Origin: Gammaproteobacteria bacterium
GTDB lineage: Bacteria; Pseudomonadota; Gammaproteobacteria; Steroidobacterales; Foliamicaceae
Assembly: GCA_963666765.1 (NCBI GenBank)
Contig: OY762933.1
Coordinates: forward strand, 716,074-780,073
Direction: 5' to 3'
Length of the DNA: 64,000 nucleotides
The notes beneath the pieces were generated by a model. That model was not told where the DNA came from. It worked only from the letters and a program-made list of their open reading frames with translations, and ran no database searches. The position numbers and the translations under genes were made by a program. Below, piece after piece: positions 1 to 9,320 of this stretch. How positions within the stretch are numbered: the first letter of the stretch is position 1; the number at the start of each line of letters is the position of its first letter.

Positions 1-240
1 AGGCAGCGCCAGGAGCACTTCCTCGCTGCCGTCGAACTCCGGCTGCGGCCAGTCCGGCCCATAGTTCAGCAGTTCGCGCAAACGGTCGAGTTCGGCGCCC
101 TCCGGCTGCGGTTCGATGCTGACAAGGTGCAGGTGCCTCGCGCCTACGTCGCGGACGCCGGGGTCCCGGGCCTGCAAACGGCTCAGGAGTTGCTTGCGTC
201 GGAACGGGGATAGTGCGCCGGAACCTGGAAGCGCCAGCAT
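1..240 (-). CDS. purL: Phosphoribosylformylglycinamidine synthase, N-terminal part (runs off the window)
   Basis: Manual translation from ATG at 240: MLALPGSGALSPFRRKQLLSRLQ...LRELLNYGP...EVLLALP, which resembles the large-type PurL N-terminus (LxGSxALSxFR...LLxYGP...LLVxPRPGT). Not in the ORF track. Confidence 0.8.
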   Translation of the reverse strand, partial: MLALPGSGALSPFRRKQLLSRLQARDPGVRDVGARHLHLVSIEPQPEGAELDRLRELLNYGPDWPQPEFDGSEEVLLALP

Positions 241-250
241 CCCTTATGGC

Positions 251-586
251 CTAATCGGAACCCGCCCCGCCAGGAGCATACACGGGCGCCGGAAACTGGG
301 TCACGTTTCCTTCCTCGGCCGTCGAAATCTTGCTCACGCCGCGCTTCTCCACTTCGTCGATGCGCAGAACGCAATGCAGGGGAATGTACGTGCGGCGCAC
401 ACCGGAGAACTCGGATTTGATCTTTTCCTCGCCCGGGTCCACCACCAGCGATGTCCGTTTCCCGAACTCCATTCCATCCACTTCGACGAACCCGAACATG
501 CCGCCCTGGGATACGCCACGCGCGTACATCTCGTAGATCTTTCCCTGGTTCAGGAAGCTGATTCGATAGAGGGGCTTGTCCGCCAT
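251..586 (-). CDS. DUF1820 family protein
   Basis: YRISFLNQGKIYEMYAR...FGFVEV...SEFSGVRRTYIPLHCVLRIDEVEK is the characteristic sequence of this family. Confidence 0.75.
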   Translation of the reverse strand: MADKPLYRISFLNQGKIYEMYARGVSQGGMFGFVEVDGMEFGKRTSLVVDPGEEKIKSEFSGVRRTYIPLHCVLRIDEVEKRGVSKISTAEEGNVTQFPAPVYAPGGAGSD

Positions 587-647
587 GATTGGGGCGAATT
601 ATACCGGTTCGCGTAGCGTAGATTAAAGATAGAAATACAAGACGAAT

Positions 648-666
648 AACAATGATTCTCATTTAT
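648..666. promoter_or_regulatory. Probable Fur box upstream of feoAB
   Basis: AACAATGATTCTCATTTAT matches 12/19 of GATAATGATAATCATTATC with an AATGA-N3-TCATT core, in an AT-rich patch directly before an iron-uptake operon. Confidence 0.65.
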
Positions 667-955
667 GTTAGACTCGCAATCCGCTCCTGCCAGCGTAAGC
701 CTCACCTTGACAAAAGAAATCGGTCTTGACGAACTGCCCACCAGCCGCGGCAGCGAAATTCGCGCCGTAACGGGCGATGGCCGGGTCTCGCGCGAACTCC
801 TGACCCTGGGGCTGGTTCCGGGAGTCCACGTCCGGGTATTGCGCCGCGGTATAGGTGGCGACCCCCTTGAAATTGCCGCCGGAGGCCATCCCCTGTGCCT
901 GCGGCGGGATCAAACGCGCATGATTCGCGTTCTGGCGCCCACCGAAAAGACTTGA
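665..955 (+). CDS. feoA: Ferrous iron transport protein A (true start may be slightly downstream)
   Basis: LLTLGLVPGVHVRVLRRGIGGDPLEI...LCLRR is the FeoA SH3-like signature; directly upstream of feoB. Confidence 0.85.
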   Translation: MLDSQSAPASVSLTLTKEIGLDELPTSRGSEIRAVTGDGRVSRELLTLGLVPGVHVRVLRRGIGGDPLEIAAGGHPLCLRRDQTRMIRVLAPTEKT

Positions 956-968
956 GCCTGTTAACACT

Positions 969-3128
969 ATGCGATGCCGCCCGCTGATCGCGGTACTGGG
1001 TTGCCCCAACACAGGCAAGAGTACTGTCTTCAACCGGCTCACCGGTCTCAGGCAACGGACCGGAAATTATCCCGGCGTAACCGTCGAGAAGATCACGGGC
1101 GTCGCGCGCCTCGGAAAACGCGAGGTGGATCTGGTGGATCTTCCCGGCGCCTATTCCCTGGCCGCGGACGGGCCGGAATCCGGAATCACCCTGGATGTCG
1201 TGCTCGGAATGGCCGAGGGACTGCCGCGGCCGGATGTAGTGCTGCTCGTGGCCGACGCCACCAATCTGCGGCGAAGCCTTTATCTCTTTTCCCAGACGCG
1301 GGAACTCGGATTGCCGGTCGCTGTTGCACTGAACATGCAGGACGTCGCGGAGCGCCAGGGAGAAAGGCTGGATGTCAGGGTACTTGCGCAACAGGTTTCC
1401 GCCCCCGTCGCGCCGATGACGGCGAACCGCGGCAAGGGAGTTCAGGGCCTTCGTTCGATTCTTGAGCGGCTGCTTGCCGAGGGGGAGGTTTCCGCGGAGC
1501 CGGTCATGCCCGAGGTGCGCGAGGCGGCGGTGGCATTGCAGGCCGATCTGGTGGCTCCGGCGCCCGGGCTTGCCTGCGTGGAGCGTGCAATCATCGATAC
1601 CGGAGGCGAGTTTGAGCGGCGCCTGGTCGGAGCGGGCAGCCAGAATGCCCGGCGCCTGCTTGAGAAAGTCCGTCGCCGGCTGCGGGAACAATTGGGCGGA
1701 GAAAGCCTTCAAAGCCGCGAGGCGCGTCGCCGATACCGCCAGATAGATCAATGGCTGGCGCAAGCCGGAGCGGCCGGCCCGCGGACGGCTGTCGCCCGGA
1801 CCGGTTGGCTGGAACGGCTGGTCAGCCATCCCGTTTCCGGTCCCATCGTGTTTCTGGTCGTGATGAGCGCGGTGTTTCAGGCGGTTTTCGCCTGGGCTGC
1901 GCCACTGATGGACGCCATCAGCGCCTTCTTCGAAGAGGTCGGCGCCTGGGCCCTCGTCAGGCTTCCCGACGGCGCCCTGTCCAGCCTTCTGATCGATGGC
2001 TTGTGGTCCGGCGTGGGCGCGGTCGTGGTTTTCGTCCCGCAGATCATCTTCCTGTTTGCCCTGGTGCTGTTCCTGGAGGACTGCGGCTACATGGCTCGCG
2101 CATCGTTCCTGATGGATCGGCTGCTGAGAATCTGCGGCCTGTCGGGCCAATCCTTCATTCCGCTGCTTTCCGGCTTCGCCTGCGCAGTTCCGGCCATCAT
2201 GGCCACCCGGGTGGTCGGAGACCGCCGCGCGCGGCTGGCCACCATCGTGGCGATTCCCCTGATGACCTGTTCCGCCCGCCTGCCCGTTTACGCGCTGCTC
2301 ATATCCGGTTTCGTGCCTCCCGCCTATTACCTGAATGGATGGATCAATCTCCACGGCCTGATCCTACTCGGCCTGTATCTGCTGGGAATAGCGGGCGGCG
2401 CATTGAGCGCGTTCCTGACCCGGCGCATTGCCCTGCGCGGCGCGGGCGCTTCGTTCTTCATGGAAATGCCGCCGTTTCGGTGGCCGAACCCGCGGGTTCT
2501 GGGCCTCAAGCTGACGGCGAAGGTGCGGGTGTTTCTTACCCGGGCCGGAACCGTCATTGCCGCCGCTTGCGTAATGATCTGGGCGCTCGGTTATTTCCCG
2601 CGCTCGGACGTCATCGCGGCCGATTTCGCCGAACGCCGCGCAAACGTGGAACTGGCAGCCGAGGGCCCGGACAGGTCGGATTACGGGCTGCGCCGGCTCA
2701 ATGCCGAAGAACGTGCCGCGCAACTGGAATTCAGCCTCCTTGGCCGCGTCGGCAAGGCCATCGAACCCGTCTTCAGGCCGCTCGGGTGGGATTGGCGGGT
2801 ATCGGCTTCCGTGGTAGCGGGATTTCCGGCGCGCGAGGTCGTAATCGGTGTGATGGGAACCGTCTATGCACTCGGCTCCGAGGCCGAAGACAACGCCGGC
2901 CTCAGGGAACGGCTGCAAGCTTCCCGCTGGCCGGATGGGCGTCCTGTGTTTACCCTGGCCATGGCCCTGGGACTGTTGGTCTTCTATGCCTTTGCCCTGC
3001 AGTGCGTTTCCACCGTTGCCGTGATCGCCAGGGAAACCAACAGCTGGCGATGGGCCGCGGGGGCCTGGGTCTACATGTCCGGCTTTGCCTGGCTGGCCGG
3101 CATGCTCACCTACCAGCTGGCGGCATGA
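969..3128 (+). CDS. feoB: Ferrous iron transport protein B
   Basis: G-domain motifs GCPNTGKST, GNYPGVTVE, DLPG, NMQD, followed by the gate/membrane domain (DCGYMARA...PLMTCSARLPVY); 719 aa. Confidence 0.95.
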   Translation: MRCRPLIAVLGCPNTGKSTVFNRLTGLRQRTGNYPGVTVEKITGVARLGKREVDLVDLPGAYSLAADGPESGITLDVVLGMAEGLPRPDVVLLVADATNLRRSLYLFSQTRELGLPVAVALNMQDVAERQGERLDVRVLAQQVSAPVAPMTANRGKGVQGLRSILERLLAEGEVSAEPVMPEVREAAVALQADLVAPAPGLACVERAIIDTGGEFERRLVGAGSQNARRLLEKVRRRLREQLGGESLQSREARRRYRQIDQWLAQAGAAGPRTAVARTGWLERLVSHPVSGPIVFLVVMSAVFQAVFAWAAPLMDAISAFFEEVGAWALVRLPDGALSSLLIDGLWSGVGAVVVFVPQIIFLFALVLFLEDCGYMARASFLMDRLLRICGLSGQSFIPLLSGFACAVPAIMATRVVGDRRARLATIVAIPLMTCSARLPVYALLISGFVPPAYYLNGWINLHGLILLGLYLLGIAGGALSAFLTRRIALRGAGASFFMEMPPFRWPNPRVLGLKLTAKVRVFLTRAGTVIAAACVMIWALGYFPRSDVIAADFAERRANVELAAEGPDRSDYGLRRLNAEERAAQLEFSLLGRVGKAIEPVFRPLGWDWRVSASVVAGFPAREVVIGVMGTVYALGSEAEDNAGLRERLQASRWPDGRPVFTLAMALGLLVFYAFALQCVSTVAVIARETNSWRWAAGAWVYMSGFAWLAGMLTYQLAA

Positions 3129-3274
3129 CTATAGGGTTCCAGGAGATAGTCGCACTGGCGATTGTGGTGGTGATCGTCGGCGCCGTCGTGTTCCGGCGGC
3201 TCCGCGCCCGCCGGCGCAACAAGCGGACCGGCGAAGCCAGCGTCAAGGTGGACGAGATCGGCCGGAGGCGCTAG
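3125..3274 (+). CDS. Small single-pass membrane protein coupled to feoB (49 aa)
   Basis: ATG overlaps the feoB TGA (ATGA); MTIGFQEIVALAIVVVIVGAVVFRRLRARRR is a hydrophobic helix plus basic tail. It is the tail of a longer spurious ORF in the track. Confidence 0.55.
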   Translation: MTIGFQEIVALAIVVVIVGAVVFRRLRARRRNKRTGEASVKVDEIGRRR

Positions 3275-3326
3275 CCCGGGAGGGAAGGCGTCTCACCTTC
3301 CCGGAGGGCGGGGACGCCCTCTCCCG
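3275..3326. terminator. Double GC-rich hairpin between convergent genes (terminator or REP-like)
   Basis: GGGAAGG-N7-CCTTCCC (3282-3302) and GAGGGCG-GGGA-CGCCCTC (3304-3321). Confidence 0.55.
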
Positions 3327-3332
3327 AAAACC

Positions 3333-6329
3333 TCAGCCGCCCGGGCTGTAGCGCAGGATCAGCTTGACGCGCCGGCCCTTCGGGTTATGCGTCAGGCCGT
3401 CGTAGGCGTGCTCCGCGTTGGCGAAAGGCGGATCCTCGTCGGCGAGGTTCAGGGCCGACAACGTCAGGTTCAACCCGTAGCGCGGCAGGCGCCACTGAAA
3501 GCTCAGGTCCAGCGTGGTGAAGCTGTCCACCGTGAAACTGTCGACCGGCACGCCGCCGAAGCCGTCAAGCGAGCCGTCGTCCCTGTATGAAGACACGTGG
3601 TTCACGTAGGCGGAAAGACTGTAGTCGTTCCAGTGATACGCGAGGTAGGCCTGGCCCTTCCAGTCCGGTATCGGAACCGCCAACGGATTCCCGAAGTTCA
3701 GCTTTCCGGCCGCCGCGACGAAGTCCTGGATCAGGAACCCGTCCAGGTACAAGGCGCGAATGTCGTAATTCAGCGTATACGTTCCGTTGAGGCCGGCATC
3801 CAGCAACCCGGGACCGAAGTCGAAGGAGCCACGCGCCTCCCAGTCGATACCCGAGGTCTCGACACCGGGCCAGTTGACCAGAGGCACCTCCACGCGGGTG
3901 ATTGATCGAGGCCCGCAGAGGTGCGACAGGGTATCCGCCCGGCCGTCGGCGCAGTAAATATATTGCAGTACTTGTCCGGCCGTCGCCGGGTCCGCATAAA
4001 GCTCATCGATCGTGTCATGCGGCAGGCTGCCGATGACGTCCTTCAAATCGTAATGCCAATAATCGAGGGTCATTTCAATTCCGGAGTCAAGGAAGAAAAT
4101 GAGGCCCAGGTTGTAGGTAAACGCACTCTCCGGCTCCAGCGATGGATCGCCATAGATGTCCACCGGGACCCAGGCGCCGACCTGGCTGATGAGATTCGTG
4201 ACGGTAAGGGGCACTTCCTGAAGAAGGTCGTCCACCGACGGCGTCCGGAAAGTGGTCTGCACCGATCCGCGCAGGGTCACGGTGTCGTTCAGCCTCCAGC
4301 GCAGCCCAAGCTTGGGATCCACGCTGCTGGCCTCGTCATACTTCTCATAATTCGCGGCGGCCTGGACATCGAAGCGGTCGCTGAAGTTGATTGCGAACTC
4401 GGCGAACACACGATGCACTGTCTGATCTTCATCGTACGGGTTGTAGGCATTGATGAACGTGAACGGTCCGAAATTGCTGGTCAGGCAACTCCTGTCGCCC
4501 AGCGCCGCGCACGGATTGATGCTCAGGTCGCCGTGCGGGTTGGGATCAGCCTGGGCGTTGAATCGCCGGAACTGGTAGCCGGCGGCATAACCCAGCACAT
4601 CGCTCAGCCAGTTCCCGCTGACGGTCGCGTCTGCAACCAGCATCGTGGTCTCACTATGCAGATCGGAAACGCTGTTCAACCATTCGAACAGCTCCGGAGA
4701 ATTGGCCTGGGCGGGATCGTAGTGCGGGTTGGGCGTATCGTAGTACGGCGCGCCGGGGAAGGAGGAAAACTGGCTCGCGCTGCTGAACGGGTTGTAGTAC
4801 TGGCAACCGCTGCTGCCCGGCCTCGTCTGTGTATCCTCCACCCGCATTCCCGGCGCCAGGGTGTTGTCGGGAACAACGCCGACCCCGCAGTCCGGCCCCC
4901 CGTAGCCGCGAAACGCCAGGAACAGCCGCTCGGTGAGAATCGCGGGAATGGAGACGTTGGCCTTGCTCCCGGAATACGAAAAACCCAGGTCATAGAACGT
5001 CTCACGGCCGCCGGCACCGGCGAATGATCCGTCTATGCTTCCCGCCAGGCGCCAGGTGCTGGTGTCGCGCCGGTCGGTTCGGGCTCGGTCGCCGTTACCG
5101 AAGGGCCGCCCGCGCCAGTACCAGTTTTCATTGCCCATGCACTCGGCGCGAAAGTCCCGGCTGAATTCCCCGTTGGCGCAAAATGCAACGCGGTTGGGAT
5201 GATCGGGAGCAATTTCCATCACGCCGCGGTGCAGCAGGGGAAACGGAGGATGCGAGGGCTGGGTCTGCCATTTCGGCATGACCGCGTCCGACCACAGCGC
5301 TTCAAGATGGTAGTTCGCCCGATTTCCCAGGGGGCCGTTCAACTCCGCAAATACCCGCGTGAACCTCAACTCCTCTATCAGGTTGTCGAACGGCTGGTAA
5401 TTGAAAATGCAATAGTATGGATCGACCGCAGGGTGCTCCGGAGAGCCGTTCAACTCGTTGCATGTCGGATCGGTCTTGCCGCTCCATTGAACTGCCTTGA
5501 GCATGTCGATGACCTGTTCCCTGGGCGTGGTAGCCGTGTCGAGCCCTTCAGGGAACCAGAAATAACCGGGATTTCCGACGCTGGACCAGCCTGCCCGCCA
5601 CGGATCCAGCAGCGGACGAAGCACCCAGTCGCGGTCTTCGGCTTCCAGTTCGCCCCGGCGCTCGTGCTCAACGGAAACGACCAGGTTGGACGCGCCCACC
5701 TTGCCGCCCCAGATTACGCCGGCCATCTGATCGCTGGCGCTCTCGAAGCTGTCGTAGGATGCGATGACTTCCAGTCCCTCGAAGTCGCCGCGCGTCACGA
5801 AGTTGGCGATGCCGCCCACCGCGTCCGACCCGTAGATTGCGCTGGCGCCCTCTTTCAGCACTTCGATGCGTCCGATGGCGATGGCCGGAAGAACGCCCAG
5901 GTCCACGAAGCGCCCGCCGATCAGACGCGCGGGCAAATAGGTCTGCCGGCTCCCGTTGAAAAGGACCAGAGAACGCGAGGCGCCCAGCCCCCGCAGGTTG
6001 ACGTTGGAGACGCTCTCAAGGACCGCTGCCGGCAGGCTGGTGTTGTACCAGCCCGAGCGTTCCCCGACAACGCCGTTGCTCGCGCCCAGGTGCTTGAAAA
6101 GATCGACCATCAGCGGAGCGCCCTGCTGCTCCAGCGCCTCGCGGTCGACCACGCTGACCGCATGCGGCGCGTCGATAGGCGTGCCGCGGATTGCAGTGCC
6201 CACCACCACGATTTCTTCGATGGCCCCGGACGTTTCCTCCGCATCCTGGGCGATGGCCGGAGACTGCGCGGCCAGACAATGCAGGAAACCGAGCGCCGCA
6301 ACGCCCGCATTTCGTTTCAAGCTGCTCAT
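3333..6329 (-). CDS. TonB-dependent receptor (~998 aa)
   Basis: Signal peptide from MSSLKRNAG, TonB box IEEIVVVGT, plug motifs VNLRGLGASRSLVLFNG and RIEVLKEGASAIYGSDAVGG, C-terminal beta strand ...RVKLILRY. Confidence 0.9.
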   Translation of the reverse strand: MSSLKRNAGVAALGFLHCLAAQSPAIAQDAEETSGAIEEIVVVGTAIRGTPIDAPHAVSVVDREALEQQGAPLMVDLFKHLGASNGVVGERSGWYNTSLPAAVLESVSNVNLRGLGASRSLVLFNGSRQTYLPARLIGGRFVDLGVLPAIAIGRIEVLKEGASAIYGSDAVGGIANFVTRGDFEGLEVIASYDSFESASDQMAGVIWGGKVGASNLVVSVEHERRGELEAEDRDWVLRPLLDPWRAGWSSVGNPGYFWFPEGLDTATTPREQVIDMLKAVQWSGKTDPTCNELNGSPEHPAVDPYYCIFNYQPFDNLIEELRFTRVFAELNGPLGNRANYHLEALWSDAVMPKWQTQPSHPPFPLLHRGVMEIAPDHPNRVAFCANGEFSRDFRAECMGNENWYWRGRPFGNGDRARTDRRDTSTWRLAGSIDGSFAGAGGRETFYDLGFSYSGSKANVSIPAILTERLFLAFRGYGGPDCGVGVVPDNTLAPGMRVEDTQTRPGSSGCQYYNPFSSASQFSSFPGAPYYDTPNPHYDPAQANSPELFEWLNSVSDLHSETTMLVADATVSGNWLSDVLGYAAGYQFRRFNAQADPNPHGDLSINPCAALGDRSCLTSNFGPFTFINAYNPYDEDQTVHRVFAEFAINFSDRFDVQAAANYEKYDEASSVDPKLGLRWRLNDTVTLRGSVQTTFRTPSVDDLLQEVPLTVTNLISQVGAWVPVDIYGDPSLEPESAFTYNLGLIFFLDSGIEMTLDYWHYDLKDVIGSLPHDTIDELYADPATAGQVLQYIYCADGRADTLSHLCGPRSITRVEVPLVNWPGVETSGIDWEARGSFDFGPGLLDAGLNGTYTLNYDIRALYLDGFLIQDFVAAAGKLNFGNPLAVPIPDWKGQAYLAYHWNDYSLSAYVNHVSSYRDDGSLDGFGGVPVDSFTVDSFTTLDLSFQWRLPRYGLNLTLSALNLADEDPPFANAEHAYDGLTHNPKGRRVKLILRYSPGG

Positions 6330-6533
6330 GTTTCCCCCGGCATTTTCGAACAATCTCTCGTTCGGCAACAAGAGTCTAGCGCATAGTAGGCTGACCCATT
6401 CACGAAACCGCACGACGATCCCAAAGCCTTTTACGGCGCCCACCTGAAAGTCGCCGGGTATGATTAGCGCTGCCGGCAAATCAGCCGGGAAATGCTCTGC
6501 CTTTTCTCGCAAGTCAACGCCCAAAGGATCCGA

Positions 6534-7067
6534 ATGAGTAAGATGCCGGCGCCTCTGGCGCAAGTCTTGTGCCTGTCCGGGGTCCTCCTGTGCTGCGGCT
6601 GCGAGGCGCCGCGGGAGACGCCTCCCGGGGCACAGGCGCCCGAAACTACGCCGCAAAGCGAGAAAAAAGCTGCAATGACCGAACAAGGACAGGCCTTTCT
6701 GGACCGCAACGGTGCGCGTGAAGAAGTAATCACCACCGATTCAGGGCTGCAATACGAAGTGCTCGTATCCGGCGACGGCGCGAGCCCGGACCCGACCGAC
6801 CTGGTAACGGTGCATTACACCGGCACGCTGACTGACGGGACCGTTTTCGACAGTTCCGTGCAGCGCGGGCATCCGGCGGAGTTCCCGGCGAACCGTTTGA
6901 TCGCGGGCTGGGTCGAAGCCCTGCAACTCATGCAGGTCGGCGACAAGTGGATGCTGTACATCCCGTCGGAGCTGGCATACGGCGATCGCGGGGCCGGCGG
7001 GGTCATCGGACCCGGCGCGACACTCGTCTTCGAAATCGAACTCCTGGACGTTCGTTCGGCAAACTGA
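6534..7067 (+). CDS. FKBP-type peptidyl-prolyl cis-trans isomerase (possible lipoprotein)
   Basis: SGLQYEVL...[18 protein letters not shown]...[10 protein letters not shown]...YIPSELAYG...[14 protein letters not shown] lipobox-like N-terminus. Confidence 0.92.
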   Translation: MSKMPAPLAQVLCLSGVLLCCGCEAPRETPPGAQAPETTPQSEKKAAMTEQGQAFLDRNGAREEVITTDSGLQYEVLVSGDGASPDPTDLVTVHYTGTLTDGTVFDSSVQRGHPAEFPANRLIAGWVEALQLMQVGDKWMLYIPSELAYGDRGAGGVIGPGATLVFEIELLDVRSAN

Positions 7068-7095
7068 GATTCGTTTGCGGGGAGCTCGGCTCCCC

Positions 7096-8031
7096 TCAGG
7101 TGGCCTGGCCGGGCCAGCGTACCCAGCCGGTCCCCTCGTGACCGAATTCGAAGGCGCCCGGATGAAGCAGTTCCGCCAGGATCTCGGCCGATTCAACCAG
7201 CCGGGGGCCGGGGCGATTGAAGTACTGGTTCCCGTCGGTCACGAACACCCGACGATTGCGCACCGCTGAGAGTTGCGCCCATGCGGGATGGCTGGTGAGC
7301 GCCGGCATCTCCCTCATCGACTGCGCGATGTCGAAACCGCAGGGCATGATGGCCACGACATCGGGGTCGCGGGCCGCCAGCTCGTCGAAATCGAAGTAGC
7401 CAGAATGCCGCCCGGCCTCGCCCATCATCATCCGACCGCCAGCAATTTCTACCAGTGAAGGCAACCAGTTCGCGGCGAACATGAGCGGGTCTATCCACTC
7501 GATGCAGGCAATGCCCGGCCGCGCCCGCAGCCGCCTCGTCCGCCCGCCAAGGTCGCTCAACCTTGCGGTCAGGCTTCCCACCAGGTCCTCGCCACTGCCG
7601 GCGTCCCCGAGCGCCTCGGCCACCCGGCGGATGTCATTCCAGACGTCGTCAAGATCCATCGGCTCCAGCGACACGACCCCCGGCTTCGACGACACCAGTT
7701 CGCCCACTGCCTGCTGCACGTCGGCCAGGCTGACGGCGCACACTTCGCACTGCGACTGCGTGATGATCAGGTCGGGCGCAAGGCTATCCAGAGACTCCGC
7801 GTCCACCCGGTAAACCGACAGCGCCTGGTCAACCAGCGTCCGGACCTGGGTGTCGATACGCCGGCTGGACGCCTGGGCGTCGATCTTCGACGCCGAGCAG
7901 ACCGGAACGTCCGCAATGGCCGGTGGAAAATCGCACTCGTGAGAGCGGCCCACCAGTTGCTTCTCGAAACCAAGCGCGGAGACGATCTCCGTCGCGCTGG
8001 CGATAAGCGAAACGATCCGCTGTTCGCCCAT
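7096..8031 (-). CDS. Cobalamin/siderophore-type periplasmic binding protein (BtuF-like)
   Basis: Start MGEQRIVSLIASATEIVSALG...VGRSHECDFP; PDLIITQ; FNRPGPRLVESAEILA. Confidence 0.8.
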   Translation of the reverse strand: MGEQRIVSLIASATEIVSALGFEKQLVGRSHECDFPPAIADVPVCSASKIDAQASSRRIDTQVRTLVDQALSVYRVDAESLDSLAPDLIITQSQCEVCAVSLADVQQAVGELVSSKPGVVSLEPMDLDDVWNDIRRVAEALGDAGSGEDLVGSLTARLSDLGGRTRRLRARPGIACIEWIDPLMFAANWLPSLVEIAGGRMMMGEAGRHSGYFDFDELAARDPDVVAIMPCGFDIAQSMREMPALTSHPAWAQLSAVRNRRVFVTDGNQYFNRPGPRLVESAEILAELLHPGAFEFGHEGTGWVRWPGQAT

Positions 8032-8045
8032 CGGGTGTCGTTTGC

Positions 8046-8636
8046 CTACGCGGTGCTGACAGCCGCTGTCGGTACGGGCCGGCGCAGCGCCAGCCTGCTG
8101 AACAGCAGCGGCAGGAAAACTCCCATGCTGATGAGCGTGTTGCGGAAGAACGGAATCGCCATCACGTAGCACTCGACCAGCCCGGCCCAGGTTTTCGCGT
8201 AGGTGGCACCCAGCGCCCAGGTGCCGAAATTCGAGACGACGAAGAAAAGGACTGCCGATCCCAGCCCCGCCACCGCGATCCTCCCCCAGGAGTGCTGCGA
8301 GCGGGCAATGAATCCGCAACTGACGACGAGGGCAACGGAAAGATAGGTTACCGGCTGATCGGCGTAAAAGGCCCAGTCGGGCCGTCCGGTAATCGCCCAG
8401 ATGCCGAGGTCGCCGGCCAGGTAGATCGCCATCGGCGCAAGGTATGCGACAGTCCGCTTCGCGAAGCAGGCGGCGCCGAAAATGCACAGCGGAAGTATGG
8501 GGGAGAAATTCCAGGGGTAAACCGTGTTTTCCGGATCAAACGGAACGCCAAGCGCATGCAGCAGATAGGGCATCAGCCGGAATCCCACTGCGATAGCCAC
8601 CAGCATGGCCAACGTGATGAGTCGAGGTCGCAACAT
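8046..8636 (-). CDS. DUF6580-like putative transport membrane protein
   Basis: Several hydrophobic helices, motifs WNFSPI and FFVVSNFGTW...GLVECYVMAIPFFRNT; adjacent to the binding protein gene. Confidence 0.65.
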   Translation of the reverse strand: MLRPRLITLAMLVAIAVGFRLMPYLLHALGVPFDPENTVYPWNFSPILPLCIFGAACFAKRTVAYLAPMAIYLAGDLGIWAITGRPDWAFYADQPVTYLSVALVVSCGFIARSQHSWGRIAVAGLGSAVLFFVVSNFGTWALGATYAKTWAGLVECYVMAIPFFRNTLISMGVFLPLLFSRLALRRPVPTAAVSTA

Positions 8637-8741
8637 CAGTTTCTCCTTCTCTGCGCCGCTGACTGCCGAAGAGGTGCAGAGCCACCAGGTTGTTCTGCAG
8701 GTCAGTCGGACACTTCAAGGCAATTCTATACAATGCCCGTC

Positions 8742-9320
8742 ATGAAACTCTATTCGTTCTCGCCGACACCCAACAATCGCAAGGTCGAAGCGTTCATCAA
8801 GCACTTCGATCTGCCCGTCGAGATCCACTCGATGGGGTTTCGCGAACAGGAGAACAGGACGGAGGCCTATCGGCGCATGAACCCGATGGGCAAGGCTCCG
8901 CTCCTGGTTGACGGCGATTTCTACCTGTGGGAATCGAATGCGATTCTGTGCTATCTGGCAACGCTGCACCCGGAAACCGGCATGTTGCCCACCGACCCTC
9001 AGGGCCGGGCGGATTGTGACCGCTGGCTCTACTGGCAGGCATTCCACCTGATCAACACGGTCATCGCCAAGCGCGCAAAGAGCGGCTCCGCGGAGAAGGA
9101 CATCGAACTCAATATCGGCGTCCTGAACGGACAACTGGAGGGACGGGAATTCGTCCTCGGCAAACTGTCTCTCGTCGATTTCGCCATCTCCCCGTATCTG
9201 ATCGGCCGGCACGGACAGGCTATCGACTATGAACCGTTTCCCCACGTAGGCGACTGGCTGGATCGCTGCAACCAGCTCAAAGGCATCGTCGCGACGGTAT
9301 TCAGACCCGGCAGGAAATGA
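8742..9320 (+). CDS. Glutathione S-transferase family protein
   Basis: MKLYSFSPTPNNRKV...MNPMGKAPLLVDGDFYLWESNAILCYLA...LSLVDFA. Confidence 0.88.
   Translation: MKLYSFSPTPNNRKVEAFIKHFDLPVEIHSMGFREQENRTEAYRRMNPMGKAPLLVDGDFYLWESNAILCYLATLHPETGMLPTDPQGRADCDRWLYWQAFHLINTVIAKRAKSGSAEKDIELNIGVLNGQLEGREFVLGKLSLVDFAISPYLIGRHGQAIDYEPFPHVGDWLDRCNQLKGIVATVFRPGRK

Noticed and set aside
6330-6530. Cobalamin riboswitch upstream of the TonB receptor
   Set aside because: No B12-box or GGGAA...GCCACTG-like consensus recognisable, so the receptor substrate is left unassigned.
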